Shown: one piece after another, positions 8,686 through 16,802 of the stretch | Layout of the letters: each line of letters begins with the position of its first letter | How positions within the stretch are numbered: the stretch's first letter is position 1 | Source of the DNA: a bacterium | Lineage (GTDB): Bacteria > Patescibacteriota > Patescibacteriia > Magasanikbacterales > GWA2-37-8 | DNA: 34,683 nt | NCBI GenBank assembly: GCA_021812425.1 | Contig: JAKANM010000003.1 | Location: 1 to 34,683 of the forward strand | Reading direction: 5' to 3' | Made by a program: the position numbers and the translations under genes | Notes under the pieces: model-generated | Databases searched by the model: none | What the model saw: the letters and a program-made list of their open reading frames with translations, nothing else | Told to the model about the DNA's origin: nothing

Positions 8686-8714
8686 TTGAAATAAGTCGAA
8701 GGATGTGATATAGT
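8686..8714 (+). promoter_or_regulatory. Sigma70-type promoter for tRNA-Arg
   Basis: TTGAAA-N17-TATAGT with extended -10 TG. Confidence 0.7.
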
Positions 8715-8739
8715 TCTGCCATTGCTTTTAGCGCAAAAT

Positions 8740-8811
8740 GCACCCGTCGTTCAATGGATAGGACATTGGCCTGCGAAGCCGAAAATTTAGGTTCGACTCC
8801 TAACGGGTGCA
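8740..8811 (+). tRNA. tRNA-Arg(GCG)
   Basis: Acceptor GCACCCG/CGGGTGC, D arm GTTC/GGAC, anticodon arm TTGGC-CT GCG AA-GCCGA, T arm TTAGG-TTCGACT-CCTAA. CCA is not encoded. Confidence 0.95.
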
Positions 8812-8816
8812 CAAAC

Positions 8817-8848
8817 AAAAAACAACCAACAGTGTGGGTTGTTTTTTT
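8817..8848. terminator. Probable bidirectional intrinsic terminator
   Basis: AAAAAACAACC...GGTTGTTTTTTT inverted repeat between the convergent tRNA-Arg and the 168-aa gene. Confidence 0.7.
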
Positions 8849-8862
8849 GGTTAAACTTGAAA

Positions 8863-9369
8863 CTAATGAATTTTCAAAACTCTAGCTAAACGGTCAGAGA
8901 GCGGTTCCTCTTCGTGCTCTGTTTCTTCCATCAAAAACTGTTTGACATATTCCCGAATCGGACGCGGGTCATAGTCCAACAGAGGAATTTTCACACGAAA
9001 ACGAACGACATTTTTTAGGCGAAAATATAAATTTTTCACTTCAGGAGGGTTGTAGATCAACCAAAATCCGTCCAGCTCGCTGAAACGGTAAAACTTCCGG
9101 CCGATGATTATCCCGGTCTCGGTGATGCCAAAATATACTTCAATTGGCGGTTGCATCTCATGAACATACAACACAATGCCAAACAAAATAACTACCAGAG
9201 CAAATAAATAATTTGCGGTGATGAGAGCGTACGCGATCAGCAGTAAACTAAAAAGAATCATCAAAAAATACCAGCGGCGGCTACGATCGTACTGCTCATA
9301 TTCTTTAATCCGCCATTCAAATACCACGCGGCCGGTATTTACCTGTTCTTTGGTAAGATCCTTTGGCAT
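8863..9369 (-). CDS. Two-TM membrane protein with a C-terminal beta-rich domain (resembles the DUF5673/bacterial PH-like type), 168 aa
   Basis: The track ORF runs into tRNA-Val; the real start is ATG at 9369 (MPKDL), with AGGAG 6 nt upstream. Pattern W-x3-EY...RRWY, two TMs, GITETGIIIG, Y-x-F-x-E-L-x-x-FW. The family assignment is from recall. Confidence 0.75.
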   Translation of the reverse strand: MPKDLTKEQVNTGRVVFEWRIKEYEQYDRSRRWYFLMILFSLLLIAYALITANYLFALVVILFGIVLYVHEMQPPIEVYFGITETGIIIGRKFYRFSELDGFWLIYNPPEVKNLYFRLKNVVRFRVKIPLLDYDPRPIREYVKQFLMEETEHEEEPLSDRLARVLKIH

Positions 9370-9382
9370 ATTATTCTCCTTG

Positions 9383-9456
9383 TGGATGATACTGGATTTG
9401 AACCAGTGGCCTTTGCAATGTGAATGCAACGCTCTAACCAGCTGAGCTAATCATCC
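9383..9456 (-). tRNA. tRNA-Val(CAC)
   Basis: Minus strand GGATGAT/ATCATCC acceptor, GCTC/GAGC D arm, TTGCA-TT CAC AT-TGCAA anticodon arm, ACTGG-TTCAAAT-CCAGT T arm. CCA is not encoded. Confidence 0.95.
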
Positions 9457-9494
9457 ATTTTTGTTCAGCGCCGAGACTGGTTAATTATGCATTT

Positions 9495-9523
9495 ACTATA
9501 ACATAAGGCCGGTCTTAAATCAA
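9495..9523 (-). promoter_or_regulatory. Sigma70-type promoter for tRNA-Val
   Basis: Minus strand TTGATT-N17-TATAGT with extended -10 TG. Confidence 0.65.
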
Positions 9524-9525
9524 GA

Positions 9526-9554
9526 TTGAAAAAATATCGGTATTATGCTATAAT
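9526..9554 (+). promoter_or_regulatory. Sigma70-type promoter for the LCP-der-pth-dprA run
   Basis: TTGAAA-N17-TATAAT with extended -10 TG; back-to-back with the tRNA-Val promoter. Confidence 0.75.
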
Positions 9555-9581
9555 GCACCAGATATCGACGATAAAAACTGT

Positions 9582-11066
9582 ATGGAACATGAACCGATCA
9601 ACCTCCTAAACTCACTGCATCCGAAAGATTCACTAATATCCGGGGCGCCGGCGAAAACAAAACGACCAGTCTTTTTTTGGCTTTTCATTTTTATCTCGAT
9701 AATTGTGGGGGTTTTCCTAGTACGCACCATCGTTAAGACCGAGGGAAACCAATATACAAACATTCTAGAGCCCCGTAAATTAAGTTTTTTCGAAACCGTC
9801 AAAAATTTCATCTTTCAGCCGAAGAATGTCCTGATTGGACAGGATGAAGATCGGATCAACATCCTCCTGCTTGGCATCGGCGGACCCGGACACGACGGCC
9901 CTTACCTCAGCGACACAAATATTATTGCGAGCATCAAGCCCAGCACCAACGAAGTAGCATTGATATCGGTCCCGCGAGATCTTGGCGCACAGATTACCAG
10001 CCACGGCTGGCGCAAAATTAACAGCGCGGATGCTTTCGGGGAGGCTGAACAACCTGGAAATGGCGGGGAGTACGCGAGACAAATTTTTGAAAAAACTTTC
10101 AATCTTAAAATCCCTTACTATCTCCGCGTCGATTTTACCGCCTTTGAGGAACTGATTGATGAGATCGGAGGAATAAATGTTAATGTTCCAAATGCCTTTA
10201 CCGACAGCAATTACCCCGGGCCAAATTTCTCATATACTACCGTCCATTTTGACACCGGCCCCCAAACTTTGGACGGCGAACACGCCCTGATTTACGCACG
10301 CTCCCGGCACGGCAATGACGGCGAGGGTTCGGATTTCGCTCGCTCTAGACGCCAGCAACTTATCCTTGAGGCGGTAAAAGAAAAAATGCTTTCACTCGGA
10401 ACTTATGCGAACCCAACTCAGTTGAAAAAAATGTACGATTCCGCAGTCAAGCATATCAGCACCAACATGAATATCGCTGAGCTGACTTACCTAGCTTCAA
10501 CCGCTAAAAACGCGTCTGCTAGCAAAAAATTAGTTCTCGACAGCAGTAACGACGGCTACCTTATAAACACCACCGGTGAAAACGGCGCCTTCATGCTTTC
10601 GCCCAAAACTGGTAATTTTGATACAATAAACACGGCAATCCAAAATGTTTTCGGAATTGTATCCTCCAAACAAACGCCGGGCCTGATCAAAAACGATTTT
10701 GAAATTTCTTTGCCTGCTTCAAATCTGAATAAAATAAAAATTGAAATCGAAAATGGCACCTGGATCCCCGGTCTTGCCGCGCGCACTGAGAAAAAATTAG
10801 AAGACAAGGGTTATCATATTATCATGGTGAGCAACAGTCTGATCCGCCCGATTCAACACTCAGTGATCTATCTGCTTTCCGATAAGGTCAGTGTTGCTTC
10901 CACTGCTGAACTTTCGAAATTACTCCAAGCCGCCAGCACGAGGACCTTGCCTGGTTGGCTATCCGAGACCTACGACAACACCTCGACACCCGAGGACGAA
11001 ACCGGTATGAAATACAATAAAGACGCCGATATTCTAATAATTCTCGGCACTGATACTAAAGAATAG
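9582..11066 (+). CDS. LytR-CpsA-Psr (LCP) family phosphotransferase with C-terminal LytR_C domain
   Basis: N-terminal TM, INILLLG, SDT, SVPRD, KINSA, YARSR, SDFARSRRQQ; C-terminal IEIENGT-x-x-PGLA...DILIILG. Confidence 0.92.
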   Translation: MEHEPINLLNSLHPKDSLISGAPAKTKRPVFFWLFIFISIIVGVFLVRTIVKTEGNQYTNILEPRKLSFFETVKNFIFQPKNVLIGQDEDRINILLLGIGGPGHDGPYLSDTNIIASIKPSTNEVALISVPRDLGAQITSHGWRKINSADAFGEAEQPGNGGEYARQIFEKTFNLKIPYYLRVDFTAFEELIDEIGGINVNVPNAFTDSNYPGPNFSYTTVHFDTGPQTLDGEHALIYARSRHGNDGEGSDFARSRRQQLILEAVKEKMLSLGTYANPTQLKKMYDSAVKHISTNMNIAELTYLASTAKNASASKKLVLDSSNDGYLINTTGENGAFMLSPKTGNFDTINTAIQNVFGIVSSKQTPGLIKNDFEISLPASNLNKIKIEIENGTWIPGLAARTEKKLEDKGYHIIMVSNSLIRPIQHSVIYLLSDKVSVASTAELSKLLQAASTRTLPGWLSETYDNTSTPEDETGMKYNKDADILIILGTDTKE

Positions 11067-11079
11067 GGACTATGTCACA

Positions 11080-11145
11080 TATATTCTCATTCGCTCGAAA
11101 ATGTTTAAATTTATTTAAACATTTTGCTCACTCATTTCGAATATA
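11080..11145. repeat. Dispersed intergenic hairpin element, copy 1
   Basis: TTCGCTCG (11090-97) + AAAATGTTTAAAT-tt-ATTTAAACATTTT (perfect 13-bp inverted repeat, 11098-11125) + GCTCACTCA (11126-34); outer stem TATATTC/GAATATA. Same layout as 29692-29756. Confidence 0.85.
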
Positions 11146-11147
11146 GT

Positions 11148-12530
11148 ATGCCCACAAAAATTATCGACCATGACCTGCCGGTAGTCGCGCTCATTGGGAG
11201 AGTGAACGTCGGAAAATCCTCGCTGTTCAATAAACTGATTGAACAAAATCTGGCGATTGTCTCCCCGATCGCCGGCACCACCCGCACCCGCAACATCGCC
11301 GCGGCTTCTTGGCGAGGGAAACAATTCCGACTCGTCGACACGGGCGGGCTGACTTTTTCCGAAGACGTTCCACTGGAGGAAGACATCATCAAACAAACCG
11401 AGATCGCCATCAAGGAAGCTGATGTGATCGTTTTCGTTACCGATATTCAGAGCGGACTTCTGCCACAAGAAGTCGAGCTGGCGAAACGCCTGCGTACCAA
11501 AGCCAAAGACAAACCAATCCTGCTCGTCGCAAACAAAGCCGACAGCATCAACTTGCATTTACGCATCCATGAAGGTGAATGGCGAAGATTGGGACTTGGG
11601 GTACCTCTGCCAATCTCGGCTACCAGCGGCGCCAATCTCGGCGATCTACTCGACGCAATTTACAAACAGCTCGGCAAGCAAAAGCGTCTTCCCAAAAATT
11701 ATGAAGAAACCAAACCGCTCAAAGTCGCGATCATGGGTCGTCCTAATGTTGGAAAATCTTCTCTGTTTAACAAACTAATCGGCGAGGAACGAGTAATTGT
11801 GAATCCGCTTGCCCATACGACTAGAGAACCGCACGATACCCTAGTCGAGACCGAAGAGGGCCTCATCCAATTTGTTGATACTGCCGGCATCCGCCGCAAA
11901 GCCAAAGTCAGTGGTGAACTCGAGCGAATCGGCATTCAAAAAAGCATTGCCACCATTAACAAATGTGACATTGTTCTCCTTGTGCTTGACTCAACCGAAC
12001 CGATCGCTGATCAGGATCAACAACTTGCCGGTCTCCTCCGTGAACACACACGCAGTGTGATTATCGTCGTCAACAAATGGGACAAAGCCGAGGATAATTC
12101 CGACGAATTCCGAAATGAAAAAAAGAAAGATATTTATGGCTCGTTCCCCCATCTTGATTTCGCGCCGATCGTCTTCGTCAGCGCGAAGACCGGCTACCGC
12201 GTTCACCAAATTTTCCCCCTAATTAAACAAGCCTGGGAGGGACGCCAAATCGTCCTGACCGAAGAAGTTCTGAAAGATTTCCTCCAGCGCATCACCCGCC
12301 GCCGACTCCCGACCAAAGACCGCGGCGTCCGACATCCGAAAATTCTTGCGATCAACCAGCTTGGCTACAATCCGCCGATGTTTGAATTGATCATCAAATC
12401 AAACACTTCTGTCCATATTTCCTATGTTCATTACGTCAGCAACCGCCTGCGCGAGGAATTTGGATTTTTCGCCGCGCCGATCGTCATGAAGCTCAGCAAA
12501 CTCAAACACCACACCTATACTCCGCAATAA
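11148..12530 (+). CDS. der: Ribosome biogenesis GTPase Der (EngA)
   Basis: Two GTPase domains (GRVNVGKS/DTGG/NKAD and GRPNVGKS/DTAG/NKWD) plus a KH-like C-terminus. ATG at 11148 preferred over TTG at 11124. Confidence 0.96.
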   Translation: MPTKIIDHDLPVVALIGRVNVGKSSLFNKLIEQNLAIVSPIAGTTRTRNIAAASWRGKQFRLVDTGGLTFSEDVPLEEDIIKQTEIAIKEADVIVFVTDIQSGLLPQEVELAKRLRTKAKDKPILLVANKADSINLHLRIHEGEWRRLGLGVPLPISATSGANLGDLLDAIYKQLGKQKRLPKNYEETKPLKVAIMGRPNVGKSSLFNKLIGEERVIVNPLAHTTREPHDTLVETEEGLIQFVDTAGIRRKAKVSGELERIGIQKSIATINKCDIVLLVLDSTEPIADQDQQLAGLLREHTRSVIIVVNKWDKAEDNSDEFRNEKKKDIYGSFPHLDFAPIVFVSAKTGYRVHQIFPLIKQAWEGRQIVLTEEVLKDFLQRITRRRLPTKDRGVRHPKILAINQLGYNPPMFELIIKSNTSVHISYVHYVSNRLREEFGFFAAPIVMKLSKLKHHTYTPQ

Positions 12531-12543
12531 ATACTATTCGAAT

Positions 12544-13083
12544 ATGAAACTCATTGTCGGACTTGGAAATCCAGGTGATGAATACACACTAACACGGCAT
12601 AACGTCGGCTTTTGTGCGCTTTCATCATTAATCAAAGCGCTAGACCTCCAGGACGAATTCAAAATAAATAAAAAAATTTTTGCGAGAGCCCTGAAAGGAA
12701 AAATCGGCCGCAAAGAAATAATTATGATTAAGCCTGAAACCTTCATGAACGACTCCGGCACTGCCGTTCAGGCCGCTTTAAGTTTTTATAAACTTACCCC
12801 GGCAGACCTTCTCGTCATTCACGACGATAAAGATATTCCGCTCGGAGAAACCCGTATGCAAACAGGCCGCGGCCCAGCCGGACACAACGGCGTCCGCTCC
12901 ATCATTGAAAAGCTTGGGACTGAAGATTTTATGCGAATCCGCATCGGCGTTAGCCCGCACGACCAGAAAATTATTAACACGGCTGATTTTGTTCTTGGAA
13001 AATTTACTAAGGAAGAAACGACTGAACTTAAAACAATCCTCAACAATGTCGCGAGCGACGTCAAAACCTGGCTCGCCTCGTAG
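12544..13083 (+). CDS. pth: Peptidyl-tRNA hydrolase
   Basis: LIVGLGNPG, TRHNVGF, KPETFMN, HDD, GHNGVRS, RIRIGV. Confidence 0.97.
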   Translation: MKLIVGLGNPGDEYTLTRHNVGFCALSSLIKALDLQDEFKINKKIFARALKGKIGRKEIIMIKPETFMNDSGTAVQAALSFYKLTPADLLVIHDDKDIPLGETRMQTGRGPAGHNGVRSIIEKLGTEDFMRIRIGVSPHDQKIINTADFVLGKFTKEETTELKTILNNVASDVKTWLAS

Positions 13084-13084
13084 T

Positions 13085-14164
13085 ATGATGAACTTCCTTG
13101 CCGCCCTCTGTTACTTTCCGAAATTTTCAGTTGGCCGAGGAAAACGCCTGCTAAAGGCTTTTCCCGATCCAGCAGGAATTTGGCTAGCAGAATTAGAGGA
13201 GCTGGTTGCCGCCGGACTCGACCCAGCCATCGCGAACGAATTTATGAGCTGGCGCGAAACCGCGCCGGTTGAAAAAATCACGAACGAGCTGGTTGAGGCC
13301 GGTATTCAGACGAGTTCGATCAATAATTCTGATTATCCAAAACTTCTAAAAGAAATTTCTGATCCGCCGGCAATAATCTTTTATCGAGGTAAATTGCCGG
13401 AAAGCAATCTCCCGATTTTAAGCGTCGTCGGCACTCGCCGCTGTACGCCTTACGGTAAAAAAGTCACCGAGGATCTGGTGAAAGAATTGGCCGCCGCCGG
13501 CGTCGCCATTGTCAGCGGTCTTGCGCTCGGGATCGACGGCATCGCTCACTCTGCCACCCTCGAAGTTGGCGGTAAAACTTTTGCCGTGCTAGGTTCAGGC
13601 GTTGATCGACCAACTGTTTCACCACTTTCTCATCTTGGGCTGGCCGATCAAATCGTCGCGAGCGGCGGCGGAATTATTTCCGAATATCCGCCCGGCTTCA
13701 AACCCACTGCTTACTCATTCCCCGCCCGTAACCGAATTATCGCCGGACTTTCGATGGCCACTTTGATCACCGAGGCTCCGCTTGAGTCGGGAGCGCTTAT
13801 TACTGCCGCGCGTTGCCTTGATTACAACCGCGAAGTTTTGGTAGTCCCACATCCGATTAATTCCTTACTTGGCGCCGGTGGCAATGAATTCTTGAGAAAA
13901 GGCGCGGCGCTCGTCACCTCGGCCGCTGACATTCTTGGACTTCTTCACCTCGACAGTTTCAAAACGCAAACTTTCTCCAGACCAGCGCCGGAAAACGCCG
14001 TTGAAGAAAAAATTTTTGCCGCCATCAGCGCGGGTCCGAAGCATATTGATGAAATCATCAAACTTACCCAAATTCCAGCTAGCAGTTTGACTGGAGCCTT
14101 AACACTTCTCGAACTTAAGGCCAAAATCCAAAATCTCGGCGGAATGACCTATCAATGGGCCTAA
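13085..14164 (+). CDS. dprA: DNA-processing protein DprA (Smf)
   Basis: YP-x-LL-x-EI-x-DPP, VVGTR, IVSGLALGIDG-x-AH, FPARNRIIAGLS, EA-x3-SGALITA, C-terminal winged helix. Start is ATG 13085 or 13088, just after the pth stop. Confidence 0.96.
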   Translation: MMNFLAALCYFPKFSVGRGKRLLKAFPDPAGIWLAELEELVAAGLDPAIANEFMSWRETAPVEKITNELVEAGIQTSSINNSDYPKLLKEISDPPAIIFYRGKLPESNLPILSVVGTRRCTPYGKKVTEDLVKELAAAGVAIVSGLALGIDGIAHSATLEVGGKTFAVLGSGVDRPTVSPLSHLGLADQIVASGGGIISEYPPGFKPTAYSFPARNRIIAGLSMATLITEAPLESGALITAARCLDYNREVLVVPHPINSLLGAGGNEFLRKGAALVTSAADILGLLHLDSFKTQTFSRPAPENAVEEKIFAAISAGPKHIDEIIKLTQIPASSLTGALTLLELKAKIQNLGGMTYQWA

Positions 14165-14167
14165 AAA

Positions 14168-14196
14168 TTGACACTGAGTGAAAATCCGTGTAATTT
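14168..14196 (+). promoter_or_regulatory. Possible internal sigma70 promoter for topA
   Basis: TTGACA-N17-TAATTT. Confidence 0.5.
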
Positions 14197-14238
14197 GAAT
14201 AGGTATATATATAATGAGTAACCTAATTTTTTTGCTTT

Positions 14239-16782
14239 ATGTCAACTCTGGTTATCGTGGAATCGCCTACTAAAGCCAAAACAATTTCTAAATTTTTAGG
14301 AAAAGGATTTATTGTGGAGTCCTCATTTGGACATGTCCGCGACTTGCCGAAGAGCCATATGGGGGTGGATATCGAAGGCGGCACCTTCGAACCAAATTAT
14401 GAAATTCCGGACAGTAAAAAACAACGCGTCGCCCAGCTGCGCAAACTCGCAAAGTCGGCTGATGATATATTGTTCGCGTCTGACGGCGACCGTGAAGGAG
14501 AGGCGATCTCCTGGCATCTGGCTGAGCTGTTAAAGATTGATCCCAAAAAAGTTAAACGTTTGGTTTTTCATGAAATCACCAAAACCGCAATCGAAGACGC
14601 CATTAAGAATCCGAGGGAATTAAACATGAATTTGGTGGACGCTCAACAGGCAAGACGAGTGCTTGATCGCCTGGTCGGTTATGAATTGTCCCCGCTCCTC
14701 TGGAAAAAGGTCCGCTATGGCTTATCGGCCGGACGCGTGCAATCGGTCGCGGTAAATTTAATTGTCGAAAGAGAAAAAGAACGCGCTCGGTTCAAATCGA
14801 GCGCCTATTTTGATTTGATGGCGAAATTGGAAGCAGGAAAAGATAGTTTTGAATCACATCTGATAAAATATGAAGAAAAAATAATTCCATCAGGAAAAGA
14901 TTTTGATGAAAATACCGGCAAAATAAAAAAACCGGAAGATTTTACTTTACTAAACGAAGAAGCCGCCACCGCATTGGCGAAAAAACTATTAGAAACTAAA
15001 CCTTGGCTCGTGTCTGAAATTACCGAGACCCCTTATCAAACACATCCTTATCCCCCATTTATTACTTCCACCATACAACAGGAAGCCAGCCGCAAACTTG
15101 GTTGGGCGGCGCGCCAAACGATGAGAACTGCTCAGTCATTGTATGAGAACGGCTACATCACCTACATGCGTACCGATTCGGTAAATTTATCTGAACAGGC
15201 AATAACCGCCGCGCGCGAAGCGGCGAAGGAATTTGGCGATGAATATTTGTCCGCTACTCCAAAAATATTCGCCAATAAATCAAAATTAGCGCAGGAAGCT
15301 CATGAAGCGATCCGTCCGGCGGGAAGTCATTTCGCACATCCGTCAGACGTCGCGAAGACAGTGAGCGCGGACGAAGCCAAATTGTATGACATGATTTGGA
15401 AACGCACCGTTGCTTGCCAAATGAAAAATGCAGAGCTAGTCACTCAATCCGTAACAATCAATATTGAAAAAGCGGTTTTCGAATCCAAAGGAAAACGAAT
15501 TAAATTTGCCGGTTTCATGCGCGCTTACGTTGAGGGTTCCGACGATCCGGAGGCGGCTTTGGAAAACCAGGAAGTTCATTTGCCGGTTTTAAAGGAGAAG
15601 CAAGAAGTCAGGGCATTAACTGTAGAAAAAGAAGGCCACGCCACTCAGCCACCGGCCCGATATACGGAAGCCAGTTTGATTAAAAAACTTGAAGCTGAAG
15701 GAGTTGGTCGTCCTTCTACCTATGCAACAATTTTGGACACCATCACTGAGCGCGAATACGCAGTCAAACAAGGCCAGGCCCTGGTCCCAACCTACACGGC
15801 GATGATTACCGATCATTATTTAAAACAATATTTTTCAAAATTAGTCGATGTTCATTTTACCTCCAAAATGGAAGACGACCTCGACAATGTCGCCGAAGGA
15901 AAAGAAAAATGGATCCCGTACATAAAGGATTTTTATGGGGATGTGAAGGACGGTTTCCACGCCAAAGTAAAACATGCTTCCGAGGACGAAGGCTACCCGA
16001 CACTCGAGATAGGCATAGATGAAAAAACAAAAAAACCTTTGGTAATAAAAAGCGGTAAATACGGGCCATACATCCAACGCGGTGAAGGCGGTGAAAATAA
16101 TACCGCCTCTATACCGGAGAATATTCCGCCATCAGAATTAAATTTAGAAAAAGCGCTTGAGCTGTTGAGCCAGCCGCAAGGTCCTGAGGTAGTAACCACT
16201 GATTTGAACACCGGTTTTGAAATTACCAGGCGCACCGGACGATATGGACCTTATTTACAACTAGGGGAAGATGCGGAAAAAAAGAAGGCCAAAAAAGTTG
16301 CTCTGTCTTACGGCCCAAAACACTTACCGATCAGCAAAACAATAAATATCAATGCTATTACGCCTGATCTTGCTAGAAAAATTATTTCTTTCCCACTGAA
16401 TATCGGTGAAAGTAATGGTGAAAAAATTATTGCCAGCGTCGGAAAATTCGGACCATATCTAAAAAAGGCGGACGATTTTAGGTCAATACCAAAAGAAAAA
16501 GACATCTTGACCATAACACTCGCAGAAGCGGAAGAAATATATGCGCAAGAAAAAAAGAGCCGACGCCGAAAAACTACTGTTCTCAAAGAGTTTGGTCTTG
16601 ATCCTGACACAAAGAAACCCTTACAGGCCCTTGAAGGCCAATATGGCCCGTATCTTTCAAACGGAACCAGGACTTTTGCTTCGATTCCCAAAGATACAAA
16701 TTTAGATGAAATGACTCTCGCCCAGGCGATAGACCTCCTAAAACAAAAAAAGGGTAAAAAGAAAACGAAAAAAAGAATCTAA
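14239..16782 (+). CDS. topA: DNA topoisomerase I (type IA) with Cys-free C-terminal repeats
   Basis: LVIVESP-x-KAKTI, DGDREGEAI, SAGRVQS, ITYMRTDS (catalytic Tyr), QEAHEAIRP, GRPSTYA; four G-x-[YF]-GPY repeats and a Lys-rich tail. Confidence 0.97.
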   Translation: MSTLVIVESPTKAKTISKFLGKGFIVESSFGHVRDLPKSHMGVDIEGGTFEPNYEIPDSKKQRVAQLRKLAKSADDILFASDGDREGEAISWHLAELLKIDPKKVKRLVFHEITKTAIEDAIKNPRELNMNLVDAQQARRVLDRLVGYELSPLLWKKVRYGLSAGRVQSVAVNLIVEREKERARFKSSAYFDLMAKLEAGKDSFESHLIKYEEKIIPSGKDFDENTGKIKKPEDFTLLNEEAATALAKKLLETKPWLVSEITETPYQTHPYPPFITSTIQQEASRKLGWAARQTMRTAQSLYENGYITYMRTDSVNLSEQAITAAREAAKEFGDEYLSATPKIFANKSKLAQEAHEAIRPAGSHFAHPSDVAKTVSADEAKLYDMIWKRTVACQMKNAELVTQSVTINIEKAVFESKGKRIKFAGFMRAYVEGSDDPEAALENQEVHLPVLKEKQEVRALTVEKEGHATQPPARYTEASLIKKLEAEGVGRPSTYATILDTITEREYAVKQGQALVPTYTAMITDHYLKQYFSKLVDVHFTSKMEDDLDNVAEGKEKWIPYIKDFYGDVKDGFHAKVKHASEDEGYPTLEIGIDEKTKKPLVIKSGKYGPYIQRGEGGENNTASIPENIPPSELNLEKALELLSQPQGPEVVTTDLNTGFEITRRTGRYGPYLQLGEDAEKKKAKKVALSYGPKHLPISKTININAITPDLARKIISFPLNIGESNGEKIIASVGKFGPYLKKADDFRSIPKEKDILTITLAEAEEIYAQEKKSRRRKTTVLKEFGLDPDTKKPLQALEGQYGPYLSNGTRTFASIPKDTNLDEMTLAQAIDLLKQKKGKKKTKKRI

Positions 16783-16802
16783 GACGGTCCACAAACATTT
16801 CT

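Noticed and set aside
9370-9429. N-terminal extension MHSHCKGHWFKSS of the 188-aa ORF
   Set aside because: It is read through tRNA-Val; an SD-led ATG is present at 9369.
11190-11790. Identical 12-aa stretch NVGKSSLFNKLI in both Der domains as gene conversion
   Set aside because: The codons differ at most synonymous positions; this is ordinary G1-motif conservation.
7004-11928. CGAGCGAA words at 7004-7011 and 11921-11928 as more element copies
   Set aside because: They are inside recG and der coding sequence, with no flanking stem or partner GAGTGAG motif.
12905-13084. Long N-terminus of the 419-aa DprA ORF
   Set aside because: Overlaps pth in another frame; DprA similarity starts at the ATG after the pth stop.
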